Origin: Geosiphon pyriformis uo1
Lineage: Eukaryota > Fungi > Glomeromycota
DNA: 64,000 nt
Direction of reading: 5' to 3'
Assembly: GCA_016748015.1 (NCBI GenBank)
Contig: JAAOMT010000591.1
Coordinates: 4,933 to 68,932 of the forward strand
Shown here piece by piece: positions 27,319-41,400 of this stretch (position 1 is its first letter; the number at the start of each line of letters is the position of its first letter). Below the pieces are notes generated by a model. It made no database searches. It saw only the letters and a program-made list of their open reading frames with translations, and was not told where the DNA came from. Made by a program: the position numbers and the translations under genes.

Positions 27319-28996
27319 TCACCCAGTAACATCATGCCCAATTGCTGGCTTCCACATAAATTCTTTGTCCGCATCCCCGAAATTTACTTCGATCTTACAA
27401 GGACCATCAGCTCCTAGAGTAGGAAACCAAATATGTCGAGTGCCAGTAAATGCTGTACCCAAATCTTTCCCATTTTTCGTGAAAAAGACAAATCCGGTAT
27501 CAGGAAGATAACCACATCCAATCACATCACCTTTTTTTCCCCATTGAGGACCGTAGTCACGACCACCAAAGCTTTCTTGAAATTTTCGACCATCGTCTGA
27601 ATGATAGCCAACTGAATGTAAATTCCAACCTGGTAATCTAAGAGAAATAATATGATTTATAGATTTTACATTTACTTATTTATATCAATTCTTTTAAATA
27701 ATAATTTACATACCTGTAACTAGGATATGGTTTGGTGGCCAAACCGATAGCAATAGTGGTGTGTTTAGCATTAGCTATAACTTTAATTTCAAAATAATGT
27801 AAAACTTCATTGGATATTTTTGATTCTTTATTTGACTTTTGATCAGATTTTTTATATAATATAGATTGTCGTTCATTATAAATTGTATCGCATTTTTTAT
27901 TGGATATGGGAGATGTTTCGATATTATATGATGGTAAGATGATATCAGTGGATTTTCCCTTGATATTATTTGAAGTTGATGAATAAGCTGGGGGAGACGA
28001 TTGTGACTGTGATTCTATTTGTGATGGCCAGTAAGATGTGGAGGGAAGTTCTATCGAGACAGAATCCGATGATAATGGTGTTGTTGATGATGATGATGAT
28101 GATGATAATAAAAGATCATAATTGAAGCTATGTCGGTTATGATAGGTTTGAGTTTGCCTCAAGTTATTTGAATCGTTACCTATTTGATTTTCGGTATCCA
28201 ATTTCGGAATGAACAATGGATAATTGGCTTGAATCATTGTATCACTTGTTGTGGAAAATTCAATCACTCTCCCATTATCCTCAACTTTAACCCACTTCTT
28301 TTGAGGTAAAGAAGGTTCTATAAATTTCCATGCTTTACTTCCACCCAAATCCCTAATATGTTTATAATGCTCAATTGGGGGCAATATTTCTTGTGGTGGA
28401 TACATTTTAGTAAAAATTTCACTCGCTTTTGCAGCTTCAGAGGAAGCATCTTTATGCTTTCCATATCTGAAGATAGGCTCAGGTGCGGCAGTGATTTGAT
28501 TATATACTGGTAATGATTGATTTTTAGTTGCTGATTCATGATCAATTCGATTAGATAAATGAGAGAAGGAATATTGTTCTGGAGGTTCATTATTATTATA
28601 TTTCTCTTCATTAAAACTATAGATACGTTCTTTTTTGGCCTTTTTGGATTCGAGTCGAATTTCAACACATCTCCATATCCCCCACCCGATTATTGCCAGA
28701 ATCAAAATTCCCAGGATGCAGAATGTTATTATGCAGATATTACCACAAACTCTTGAACCGTATGGACCATAATACCAGAATACCCAACGGGAGGAGGTAC
28801 TTCCACTAGAAAATCCACTACTTCCTCTTGAGCTAGTTGAACTAGTTGAACCACTTGAACTGCTCCCACCCCCACCCCCGCCTTTTGCTAATATTAATTG
28901 TGTGTATTGTAATATCAATGAAATGCTCCACAATATCTTTGAAAATAATATCAATGATAATTTTGTTGTGACGGTTTTTCTCATCGATTGCGGCAT
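27319..28996 (-). CDS. SSH4: SSH4-like single-pass membrane protein with C-terminal SPRY domain
   Basis: Signal peptide, Gly/Ser-rich linker and TM helix. SPRY motifs HYFEIKV...IAIGLATKPYPSYR|LPGWNLHSVGYHSDDGRKF...GDVIGCGY...VFFTKNG...FPTLGADG, with an intron at about 27639-27712. The exact 3' end is uncertain. Confidence 0.8.
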
Positions 28997-29592
28997 GGTT
29001 CAAAATTCAGAATTTAAACTCAAATTTTTTGAATAATATGCTAACAGACTATCTTAACTTTTAAGGTAAAATTAAAAGCTGTTTTTAATATTTAAAAGCG
29101 TGTATGAGGTCGAATGCAAGTAAGGAAAAAGTGGGGTTTTCACTGTTCAATTTCAGAGTTCTAACCTTGTTTACTATTGAGAACTTGAACTATTGATATA
29201 ATAGTATTCCGTGTAGTATCCACAAATAAAAATTTTTTCTAAAGAAAGGCGACCCTTGTTTGTACTTTATTCATGATATTTTCCCAAGTCTTTTTCAGTG
29301 TCATGAAACAGAATGTTAAAACATCGTTATCAGAGTTCGCTACTTATAGAAACAAACTTCTTGTTTATCAAGTTTGAGCCGCACAAATTTTATAATGTGC
29401 ACGTTTTCTTTATTTTGTAAAAATCTCCGGTAAGGAATTTCCCATCGCTACATCGCGAGGGTATATGGGTCTTAGCCGTCCAGAGCCGGAGCTGATATGG
29501 AAAAGTTGGGTGGAATTCCGGAAGATGATGTTTAAGGATATGCCACGCCAAATGGTCACATCTATACCTCACGCAAAAAAACAAATAAATAT

Positions 29593-29594
29593 TA

Positions 29595-29648
<54 letters not shown>
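29593..29648. repeat. (TAT)n microsatellite
   Basis: About 18 perfect TAT units. Confidence 0.95.
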
Positions 29649-30430
29649 CATCAAGCATTAAATTGGTAATTATATTCATTAGCCCAAAAAATAAATATTT
29701 TAAAGTAATTTTATCAACGAAATACAAGCATTTTTTTGTATTCAAACATAAAATTGGGTCATTCAAGTTTAAATTTAGAAAGTTGTGTGAGGCACAGTAA
29801 AAGTTTTAGGAAGAGTTTAGATCTGTAATAATTTTGATCAAATCGAACTTTGAGAATCAGTATTGTTGGCAAAGCTTTTACTTAACAGATAAACAAGTGA
29901 AAAAACTTAAACTTGAATACAATAATAGACAAAGAAATAATAAAGACTTAAAATCAGGACAAAGAAGCTTTCGCCTTCAAACAATTGATGGAGAAGTTGA
30001 GATTGACTTTTCGGAATTTTGGTTGATATCACATTTTCATGTGAAACTCGATTTGATTTTTTTCCCTTTTAAGAAATTCAAGAAGACAATAAAAAAAATG
30101 CCTTCCGTATTGGATAGTGGAAACGGTGTTTTATGCTCCTAATCTTGGGGATATTAACCAACCTGAAGATCTAATCCAATTTCCTCACAAATAATTTTTA
30201 TGCTAACCCTTTTACCTCTAGCCTTTTAAATGACATTTTTTTTTATCACCGAACCGATAATTAATGACAAATTATAATCCACCTAAAATAAGAGAAAAGT
30301 ACTAAATTATAGAAAAAGTATACAATTAAGATGGTTATTATACAAAGCCATTTTACATAATTCCTTAAAGTCAAGATTTTATCTCCTAATGCTATCGGCT
30401 CTAAGAAATGAATTTGATTTTTTGCCAATT

Positions 30431-33400
30431 TTACATTGTTGTCCAACCACCTAAATCAAATGCCTGCTCAATCTTACGGGCCACAAGTATCGGAACCCCA
30501 TGGGTAAGCCAAAGCTTGCGAATTTCATCATAGCGTTTAAGGTTGAGATATTGAGGACGTGAACGTCTATATAAAAAAAATAAGTACCGTTGAGGGTAAT
30601 GGAAAACATACTGCAAAATGTTAATACACATACTTTAAGCCACGATCCACTTCACCGTGAACATCAAGGTAAGGGGCCTCCATAAAATGTCCATTATCAA
30701 GGTGAAGTAAAAGAATTATACATCTTTTGACGAGCAGGTAGATTCCTATATCACCACCACAACTAGAAATCAAAATGTATAATCAGTCTTTGAAGTAATT
30801 TCAACCATACATCACATTTTCAAAAATTACCTTTTTGCGTGTAAGTTGCATTCTCCACGTTCCTGCTCTGAACAGCAGTAACTCTGACTACAAACGAAAG
30901 TCCCACATAGCAAACACAAGGCTGGATCATGGGGAACAGTTTTACATTTTTGGCAAACTTTCCGTAAGCTAGTATCGAACAAAGAATCGAGTCTATTTGG
31001 TAAGCCAACCAATTCAAAGATCGCAGGGTGGTTGATGCGTACAGCTAATTTCTGTTGAAGTTGTGGCTGATACCATTGGGATTGTTGCGATGCTAGTGAA
31101 GATGAAGATGAAGAGGCACTACTTGTACTGGCAATTGTGTTTGGGATCTTACCAGGATAAACGGTGGGATTTTGTGGAATTTTTGAAGGGTTTATGAAAC
31201 CAGAAGGAAGAGTGGATTCTTGTTGACGTGTTGTATATAAATGAGTACACCAGCCTGATATAATTTCCAGGAGTGTAGATTCACGAGATGTAGGATCCCC
31301 CACCATGCCACATATCTCTTGGATAGGGGGTAGATTTAATAGACTAGATAACTTTGAAAATTCATCATCATTTGCCTCTAAATTATCTAGCACAGGTTTG
31401 GGAAAAACAATGCCAAATCGTGCGTGTAGTAATATAGTACATTTCCTCAAGAAGGGTAAGCAGAAAGTTCGAACAAGTTTCTCCAGAATACCTTCATCTA
31501 GCTCTTCTAGTAATATTAGGATTTCTCCTCCATTATTTCCAACCTTTTGAAGAACCCAAATTACAAAATCTCTTAAGAATCTGGGACTTTCCTTAGCCGA
31601 TGAAAGTGAATTTTCTCGTTGGTTTTGACCAACGATTTCAGTACGCTTGATGCGCTCATCTTCACGCCAAGCTTTAGATTGTTCATTAAGGCCAGCTTCA
31701 CAAATCCCAATGATAACCTTTATAAATTCAGCAATGAACATTAAACGCATTAAGTGATGCACTTCAAACTTTGTCCCATAGGATTTTGAATGGAGGCATA
31801 GTTCAGCAAAGAATAGAAATGAATCTTCTAACAGTAAAGGCTTATTGTTGGTAAAAGAATGCGACGGCGTGAATCCAAAACTGAATGAGGATGTTGAAGA
31901 TTCAATATTTTGTTGTATCTTGAAAACAGGATGCCCATAAAATAGCTGCTGCAATTTTTGTGCTAGAGCTTGTTTTAACTTAATATCTCCAGATTGTCCC
32001 CCTAAAATTATGTTTGTATATGTTAGGATAGTCTCAGAAACCACTCTCAATAAAGTCAGAATCTGTGTGTTTATCCCATCTATCAAAGTATAGTTTGTTA
32101 ATTCTCCACTAGTCAGGTTTCCGACTCCTCGTTGACTTATTTCGACACATGATATTGTGTAACCAAAAAGAGTCCATAAAAGATCTACTGATTTTAAGGA
32201 GACATCACTGTAGTCTGGGTCAATATTTAGTTCGCGATAGGCGAGTTGTACTACCTCAGCCAAACGATCGTAAATTCGACGCATCGATTCTGTTTCATGA
32301 TCTTCTGTTATAGCTGAATGATCTATATTTAATGAAGGGTCTGAGTCTTCCTCTGTGCCAGTGGAATCAGGTGCAGGCAAAGATTGTGGGAGAATAAATT
32401 GTACGATCGCATCCCGAAATCTGCCAGCACGACTACTATTACGTCTCCTTGGTGTATTTTGAGTAAGCGTTGACAATCCCATGGTACCGGTAAGTTCACG
32501 GTATTCGTTGGCAACATTTACTGAAGAATTTGATGGATGTCGACGTATGACCTCGCTAAAATTAGGTGCAGAGCCACTTGAGGCTGTGAGAAATATAGAT
32601 GCACTCTGATTAAGTGCCTCCACAATAGGGCCAATTTCTTCGTCAAGCCATTTATCGAAATTTCCTTGGGATTCAAGTACACCAGGAAATACCTCTTTCT
32701 TCCCTTTCCATACGATTGGAAGTAAAGCATTTCCTAAACTTCTGCATAAAGGACACATAAATTCCTTGCGCTGAACTTCTTCTGGGTGATTCCTAGCCGA
32801 CTGTAACTTATGCCGCTGTTCTAATGATGAAAAATAGGTTTCGAAACACTTGACATGCATTAAATGTCCGCAAGTAGAGGCATATGCTCCAGTACGGCAC
32901 GATTGAGAAGGAAATCCTTTACTCAAAAGGGTTTTAGTGGCTGAGCCATTTGGTTTTTTCACATCTTTAAATACTGAGGAGGCAACGCCAAACGGTTTAT
33001 TGCGCTCAAATTTGCGATCTAAATTTTTTGGAAGATCTAGTACCTCACACACGTAATCTTTATCTTCGAATGGTGTCAGTCTCAACATATTAGAGGGTTG
33101 AATTAATCCCAACATTCCATAGAGTCCCAGCGAATTGGTCTCCTCTTGACATACTATACAAGTACCTGTGGGATATGGCCATGAAGTCTCTGTTTTTACA
33201 GATCCATCGGGTTGCAAAGGTTCAAATTCCCAATCTTCATCCATATCCTGATCTTCTTCGTAAAGATCTTCGTGTTTTTCAATAAAGCTTTGCTGAGCTT
33301 TTGCGAATTGTTCCATAATTTTGGCCTGTCTTTCTTTTGCTGCCTGCTTCTTCCGTTCGAAATCGGATAGTCCCAATTCTTCACCAGCCTTAGCTGTCAA

Positions 33401-36400
33401 TTCTGCTCGCTGTCTCTCATGATGGGCTTGAACAATTATTTTAGCGCTATCACTACCTAATGTTTCGAATTTGTTTATAATGAAATCAAACTTTGATTTG
33501 AATTCATTGAATGATAAATCAATAGATAATTGCAGCAGCAGGTTCAATAAATTGGGGCCTTCGGGTTGAAATGAATTAATCTCAACCGGGAAGTAATCTG
33601 AGACAGCATAATGCATAAAACCAGGCATTCCATCTTCCATAATAATCCTCTTTGTGGATGTTGCTTTTTGTTTACCTTTTCGCTTGCTTTCACGGACAAT
33701 ATCATTATCATCATCAAGCAATGCTAACATTATCAGATGCAATGTTTCATCAACAAGCGTGTCCAACTTAATCTTGTCAGTTTTGACATGCCATAAAGTA
33801 TAAAATAAAATTTGGTTGAAAAGGCGAGCGTGCAACAAATTTCCTATGCGAACATAAGGGCCATTAGTGATTGGAACCAATCTCGGAATTATCAAGATAG
33901 GTGAATTCGGTAATCCTGCAATTTCGTTTTTTTTCTTCAATCGGTTTTTTAAAGCCTCCTCGGCTTCCTCCCGATTATTCCGAGAATAATGGATAAAATA
34001 TGTATCAACTTCATCATAATATTCGTCTTTAAGTTCATAGCTACCATGATCAGTAAGACTGTCAGGCGGTCTGTAATTAGCTAGTTGTCTCAAAATCTCA
34101 TCAAAGGAACCTTCTTCGTGGAGTCGTTCCGTAACACGTTTCGTAAGATCAGAATATGAAAGGGGTGCCAGACAAAGAGCATGGATGATTTCACGCCGAA
34201 TCTCTTGTTCAACGCTCAGACCTGCAGCATTGCCACGTTCGCTGACACATATTATGAGTAATGTCAATAACTCTTCAGCAACAAATATAAGTTGTGAACT
34301 GTCATAGATATCATGAATAGTTTGGCCACAGAACCAATTAACCATATCAAACCGATCCAAGAGAGTGGCGAGCACCAAATTTGGGTCATTCAGAATGAAG
34401 GCTGTCTGAACCAAAAAAATATCTTCATCGTACGTGTTCTCTCGAAGAGAAACTTCACGATAATGATGACACTAATATAAATTGCCCATTAACTTCACAA
34501 ACAATGAGTTGAGAAAATTTAGACATAAAGAAAGATCAAGACTTACTTGCCCACGAATGCCAAGTCCATTTCTGACCCATAATCCAGCACGGATTTGTAC
34601 TAACAAAACTAAGACTGTTGAAAGGATTATAAGATCAGAATAAAGGGAAGATTATGCCATTTAGTTTTTCAAAATAAAATGAATTAATTAGCTTACCTCG
34701 TAAAGGGTAATCCAAAATTTCAAGAATTCTTTCTTTTGCTCGATCCAGAACAACATCTAATTCCTCATCATTTTCAACATCAAATCCCATTATCATATTT
34801 TGAAAACTTCCCCACCCATGTTGTTTTAATATATCATCATCAAGCAGCTCGATATTTTCCAGTAGTTCAGCTAGGAACCAGTGCAGTGGGTGATGAAAAC
34901 TTACAGGTTGGGAAGCTACTTTGAACTTAACAACTTTAAATGCAGGTAGGTAAGGATTTGAAGGGAATGAAACTTCATGAAACTCTTGCTCCCTAAAGGC
35001 GACCTGCTTTTCATTGTTATCTATAGGATCAATGAAAGGAGAACTATGGCTTTTATCCATTGTTCCCCATGCATCTGACCTTTGCTGAAGAGACACCTTC
35101 AAACGATATCGTTTGTCTTCATCTTGAGGACCATCACTTGTTTCGTCCATTCTTTCCCCCTCTTCTTCCTCATCTGGATCTCGCTTTGCTGACCACTCAT
35201 ATATTTGTCTTAAAACCTTCCGAATCGTGACACTCAAAATTCTGGGATTAGCTACATAGCATCCAGAAAATTGACGACAGCTTTTAGCCAGTTGCAAAGT
35301 CACATTAAAAGCATTAATCCAGCTGTCATTTTCGTATTCTACGTGCTGCTGAGTAGCCCGGGTATTGGGGTTCATTCCTTGAAACAATCCAATCAAATCA
35401 AGATATTGGTGCAAATAATGAGGATGCCTTGGGATGGTTTTTTTGACAGCCTCAGTACCAATAATATACCTTAGGTCGTAAAATATATGGAAATAACGAC
35501 GATTTTTGAAACTTTCAGAATCACAATTAATCTTCGCATTAGTATCAATATTTCCTAATCCACCGACTTGATTCGATGTAAAAAAAGTATGAAGTATAGC
35601 AAAAATTGTCGATAGGAAACTGTATTGAGTAACTAGGAGAGTTGCAATTTTAGGCACAGTAAAAATTTGAACAGAGAAAAGAATAATTGAATGTTCAGGC
35701 TCGCGATCTTTTACCAAGAAAGCGTCAGCAAGTCTGATATATTTGCGAGCGAATCGGATTCCTATGAGCGCGAGTTTTTTCAGTATTGAGACTAATATCA
35801 CAGAATATTGATGAGCGAAAACGTACCTAGAACTTTTTTGAATTCAGAACTAATGACCAGAGTTCCAATGTATATTTCTCTTAATCCAGCCCTAGCCTCT
35901 TTCCAAAGCCGTAAATCTAGAGTCAGAAATTTATCTAATCTGAGCTTCTTCCTAAAATCGTCAGCCATTGCTAATCCTGAAGATGTTGAGCTAGATTGGG
36001 ATTCATCTTCTTCCATTGGATCTGCATTGACCAAGAGTTCATCTTCGCCAAACATTTCAAAATCGCCTCCGGATTGAGGGTTCTGGATGTAATTATTTGT
36101 ATAAGGTTCATTGAAACGACCATCACCATCTAAATCAGCCTGCTCCATAATGTCGTCATCATCATCACTCATATAATCATTAGTTTCTTGGGTCACTATA
36201 TTGTTTATTTCACTTCCACTCGAAATTTGTTTCTGTTTGCTTTTCCCTAAGTTTTTTTTTCCTCGCTTGACACGAAGAGGTTTTCGCCATTCTTTACATA
36301 GTTCTTGAGATATTATGTTTCTTAATATGTTTGGATGTGAACCTATTCTTCCACTGGCCATATCTTTGAGCCATTCAATAAAAATCGCACACATCTCTTC

Positions 36401-37562
36401 ACGAAAAGTATCTCGTGCAGAGCGAATCGTAACAGCTAAACCGATTGCTGAGATTTTACGGGCAATATCGAGAAGGCGTGGAATATCTTCGGAGAACTCG
36501 ACAATGTCACGCCCCTGATATCAAACACAAATTATATTTTAAATTTGATGAACATATGTTCGCATATTAGATTAATACTCACGTATGAATCCACTCTTTC
36601 TGCAATGCGCTTAGCCTCGGATTCAGTGCAGGAAGTAACTAACCGGACCTGTTCAATAACTTCATTAAAGGAGTGATGTTCATCATTCCAGAGTACTACC
36701 GCGAAGGAGATATTTTCCTCACTACCCTCCGGACCGTTACCAAGAGCATTCCCACTTTCTAAAGCTTCTTTTTTGACCTTTTCTTCTGTTTTAGGAGGCG
36801 TCATATCTTCAGGAGAGCAAGATAACGTGTCCAGCATGAAGTCAAGTACAGTAGATATTGTTTCATGAATTGAGTCCAAAAAATCATTTGGAAGTTGCTC
36901 TTCATCTTGTTTTTTCTCGCCATCAAGTGAGTCATTATTGCTAGGATCAGGAGAGTGAAAAGCACAATTTATCGGCACTTTCCATGCTTCTGGATCACCA
37001 CAATCACAACATCCACCAGACCCAGTATTAACTAAAAAACTGATATCATGCCCTTCATGATTCGTAGCATGGTAGCAACGTGAACAAAAGACACATGTTT
37101 CATCGAGAGAACAATTCCTATATGGTGAGCAAATAACAGTTTTGTAAATAAAAAACAGACACTTCTTGACACTCATGTGATGATCTTCAATAATATTAAT
37201 CGATTAAAAAAAATATCGGGAATAATTTTGACTAACCTACACCAGTAAGAGCCTTCTCCTTTTTTAAAAATGTGACAACAAGCCTTTCCTTTTTGTGCGG
37301 GTGAGTACTCAGCGCCTTCATGGCCTTGAGCTAAACCTATTTTATATCTGCCTGGGCCTTCACCAAAACCGTTCGGAAAAAACAAATTTCGATACGCTTC
37401 GTTATTTCGCCAAAACTCTGAAAAGAGCCTCTCCAAGATCTTTTGCTTGGCGCCTTCCGTTAACCTATAATCAAAAAGTTGAGGACATCGCAAAAGGTAT
37501 TGTGGGAGTGGTAAAGTTAGTTTTGAGGAATCGAGAGAGGGTTGAAATATTTCAGAGTTCAT
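30431..37562 (-). CDS. UBR1: N-end rule E3 ubiquitin ligase UBR1
   Basis: UBR box (CCHIFKKGE...C.C.LDETCVFCSRC...GGCCDCGDPEAW), ClpS-like N-domain (LWNDEHHSFNEV), RING (CIVC...CGHLMHVKC...CPLC) and C-terminal CLLCG..VC. About 7 GT-AG introns. Confidence 0.95.
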
Positions 37563-37778
37563 GAGCAGGGAAGGGAAACGTAATTCCAGTAAATTGAAAA
37601 TTGTCTTTAGCTTTGACCTTTGAAATAGAATAAACTTTCTCAACTTTGCGTATTTATATACTGAATTAAACAGATGACGTTGAAATCAAATTCATATACT
37701 ATTTTCCTATTGACTGGTAGGTATCCTAATAATTAAATATTAATATTTAAAATTGGCAATCTATAGAGCTAACCAGTG

Positions 37779-37862
37779 GGTGACATGGCCGAGTGGTCTA
37801 AGGCGCTGCGTTCAGGTCGCAGTCCACACCAGTGGGCGTGAGTTCGAACCTCACTGTCACCA
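37779..37862 (+). tRNA. tRNA-Leu(CAG)
   Basis: Acceptor stem GGTGACA/TGTCACC, anticodon arm CTGCG-TT-CAG-GT-CGCAG, long variable arm, T loop GTTCGAA. Confidence 0.96.
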
Positions 37863-38493
37863 AAAGGTTTTATTCTACCCTTTTTTGCATTGTACATAAT
37901 TCAATGCGCTTCTGAGAAATCAAAATCTCCTAATCACATTTCATCACTCGTTATCCAATTTGTTGTTAGACTTCCTATGAGCTTTTTTATCCTCAAAATC
38001 AAATCTCCCGCAAAATCAAAAAATTCAAGGATGATCAAAGGGTTCAAAGATGGAATTAAACAATAAAAATCACACCTGTGTTATAATAAAAAGTTCAAAG
38101 AAATGCTTTAATTTGTAATCGAGCACTATGATACATTATGAAGTAATTTTAAAACTTGAATTTGAAATTATCCCTTGAACGAGGTTAATAGGAAATGTTA
38201 ACCTGCAGAAACCAAATATTGAGAAATTTATATTTTATGAAGTTTTGTTTGAATATAAAAAAGGGGTTTAGAATTATAAAGCAAATAAGATGAATTTAAA
38301 TTTACACATTTTTATTTGCTGTGATTAATCGCTTCCTCTATAAGGGCATACCAAAATCTAATCTAGTTATTTTAGGCTAACATAAAATAATAATGTAATG
38401 AAAAAAGCTCCGCGCTTACAAAATACGTCATAGCAGAGTAAAAGAAAAAAGCGACATAAAAAAAAGTGGTGGCGAACGAAAAAGAGAAACTGT

Positions 38494-41400
38494 TCAAATA
38501 ATATTAGCGTCTGATCGTGCGGCGCCAAGATGAAGTAGCAAATTTTTTTGTTTCTGCTTTTTCATCTTTCTCTTTTGTTTTTTGGTGAGTTCTGATGCTT
38601 GTTCATCATCAGAAATTGAAGACTGCTCACCAGAGGAAGCCTCGTGGTTTGCTTGTCTCCAAGCCCCTATACTCATAGAAGCATCAGCATTCGCTTGCTT
38701 CGCAATCAATGATGGGAATTCATCGGTAGACTGTGGGAGGTTGGCCGGCTTTCCTCGGCGAAAAGAGGCTGGCGACTCAAACTGTGAAATATTGGGCGTA
38801 ATTTTAGATGAGGAAGATTGATAGCGAACGAATTGTGGAGCATTGCCTTTCCAGACATTGCTGGTGAAATCTGATGAAGCAGCAGCGGCTTGAAGCGATG
38901 GAAAGTTAACATTATTCTTCCTTGAAGCAGCATTAGCAACCTTATCCCAAACATCACGCGAACCTGATGCTGTTGATCGGGCGGTTGATGATTTTATGAC
39001 CAAAACTCTAGGTGGCTTATTAGCTTGAGCATTGCTTGTAGATGATTTTGTGGCGGCAACTCCGATTTCTAAAGCCGGAAATTGCGTCGTTGGCTAAATA
39101 AAATTGATGATTTTAGCCTTAATTGACTCTTCATCCGACTATGTCTATTAAATTAGAGTTTATTAACTTACCAAAGCCTTTCGATCTTCCCAGGCTCGCA
39201 AAAGGGTTCTGCTAAGCTCAGCATCTAGCAGATCCGCAAGGCCAGATACAACTTTTCCAACGATTGCAGGATTTTTACCAAATAAATTCCAAACCCCGTC
39301 GACGTAATCAAAAGTATCGATAAAGGTTTTTTTCAAGGCAGAAGTAAGCGACTTGAATTCCAGAATTTTCTGCTGGTCGTTGTTTAGAAAGGCTGTTATA
39401 CGCTGAAGGTAAATGTTATGACGGCTATTTATGGTGATAAAATATAAGGTGATTTAATCATTTTATCGTAATAGATCAAACCTTTAAACTATTAAAAATA
39501 TAATACCTAAGAATATCATTGTTCGGTGTTACTTGAGATTTCTTTGATTTATCCCCAGCTACAGCGGCATTATAACCAACAATTACAGGGGGCTTGACAG
39601 GCGTAGGCATTGGGGCTATCGAGGTATTTGCTTTCCCCTTAGTAGAAGCATTCCCAGTCTCGATGGATTCTGCTTTTGACTTTGACTGAGGCGTGCTAGA
39701 AATATTGGAATGAACAGTTGGAGGCATCATCCTGGCTTTGTTTTCGCCTTCAGCATTAGCATGAGGCAGTACCTTGATAGCCTTTTCTTGTTTTTTGATA
39801 ATTGCATTATCGGTCTCAGGGATAACGAAAGACCCATTTTCTTTATCCTGATTTCCATCATTGTTCGCACCTGGCATGATAAGGGAGTATTTTCCTTTCT
39901 TTTTATTTTCAGAATTGGTAGAGATTGTTGTAGCTGGGGATATTCTCTCTTGTTTATTTTGACCAATGTCAAAAGTATATGAAACATCAGTGATGAGCTT
40001 TTCTTGTTTTTTACCCTTACCAGCATTTGGTAGAGTAGAAAAAGGTTTTTCATTTTGTTTGTGATCGATGTTGTGATTACTAGGGGAACCAAAAGATGTC
40101 ATTTCTTGTCTTTTCGCTTGATTATGCGGCATAGCTTTTGCTACATTACTATAGATATGTGCCGCAGATGTAGATGCTTGAGAGTTAGCAGCTTGGTTAC
40201 GAGCGTTCAATGATGGAAAGTCACTCTTTCGCTGCGCTGCAGGGCGAAGTTCGTTAACTATGGGGGTAATTGCCGAAGAAAAACCAAGATCCAGAGGTTC
40301 TTGCGGATCGGTTGGCCTTGGACCTGTTGGTGAAGAAGGTTTCAACGAAACATCCTCGTGAGTAAGGCGCCCGAAACCTTCTGGTGCATTTTGAAGCATC
40401 CAATCACGCCTATTTTCTGCCTCTAATCGGAAACGTTGCACCTGTGTTGTTGTTTGGATGGTTGAAGGTACGCTTTGTCGTCCTGAAGTCCCACCCGTCT
40501 GAAAGAGCAAAGGATTAATAATAATTATATTATTTTTGATTCTCTTTGTTGTTGAATTTTCTTAAAAGCCATTTTGATTAGAACAGAGAAATGAGGAAGA
40601 GAAAAATAATTAGATTATATATTGAATATAATGAGATCTTAAGATAATAATATATATCATTTTTAGAAAGCAATTCATAACGGATCAACAAATAAAAAAG
40701 GATAAAATAAGAATTGTGGGGAATATATGTATTGATGTAAATAAAAACATCACTAAGTCTGCATGGATTTCAATTGCAAGTTCCCATCGAAAAACCTCCA
40801 ATAATATAAATATTACAATGTGTACTTTACACAAATCCCTGAACATGAAATTTATCACAGCCTCACTTGAATAATCCTAAAAAAGAATTTAGGCACATAC
40901 CTGTTGATGTATTTCCCTTTCCCTACTTCTCCTTCTCCCTCTAGCCCGTGCATGTGAATCTCCGTACGAAAAGTTAATTTCGATTCGTCGTGCTTCGTGC
41001 TTTGCTCTTTGCCCAGCTAGGCTAGAGCCATGAATTTCCACCTATTAGTGATTAAGATTGATATTGGTATTAGGGTAAAAGAAGGAGAATATTGACCTTA
41101 GCAATGTTTTTTTTTACAGTTACAAGATTCATATACATGTAGAGGATCGACAATAATAATGAATATTATTGAATAGGATATAAGGTAAAAAATGCAATTA
41201 TATGTGAAGCCAAGAACCTGGCAAAAATAAACGCTATCGTATATAAGTTGCAGAGGTATGAAAAATGAAGAATTCAAATATTCAATTTGTCAGCCACAAA
41301 TTCTTAATTAAGTAAAAGATCGAATATTTTGCAAGCCCGGGCATAAGTAAAAATGAGTAAGGTATAAAATGTCATGAGTTTGAAGGTAATAGATCATTGT

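Noticed and set aside
29465-29800. Poly-Leu / poly-Asn ORFs
   Set aside because: Artefacts of the (TAT)n microsatellite.
30090-30230. U6atac snRNA or telomerase template around tgctaaccct
   Set aside because: Only a short match. The U6atac core that should follow GGTTAGCA is absent and the template repeat is incomplete.
26783-37862. Local tRNA-Ser or tRNA-Leu as primers for the Gypsy elements
   Set aside because: Their 3' ends would need PBS TGGCGACGAC or TGGTGGTGAC; the observed PBS is TGGTGCTCTC.
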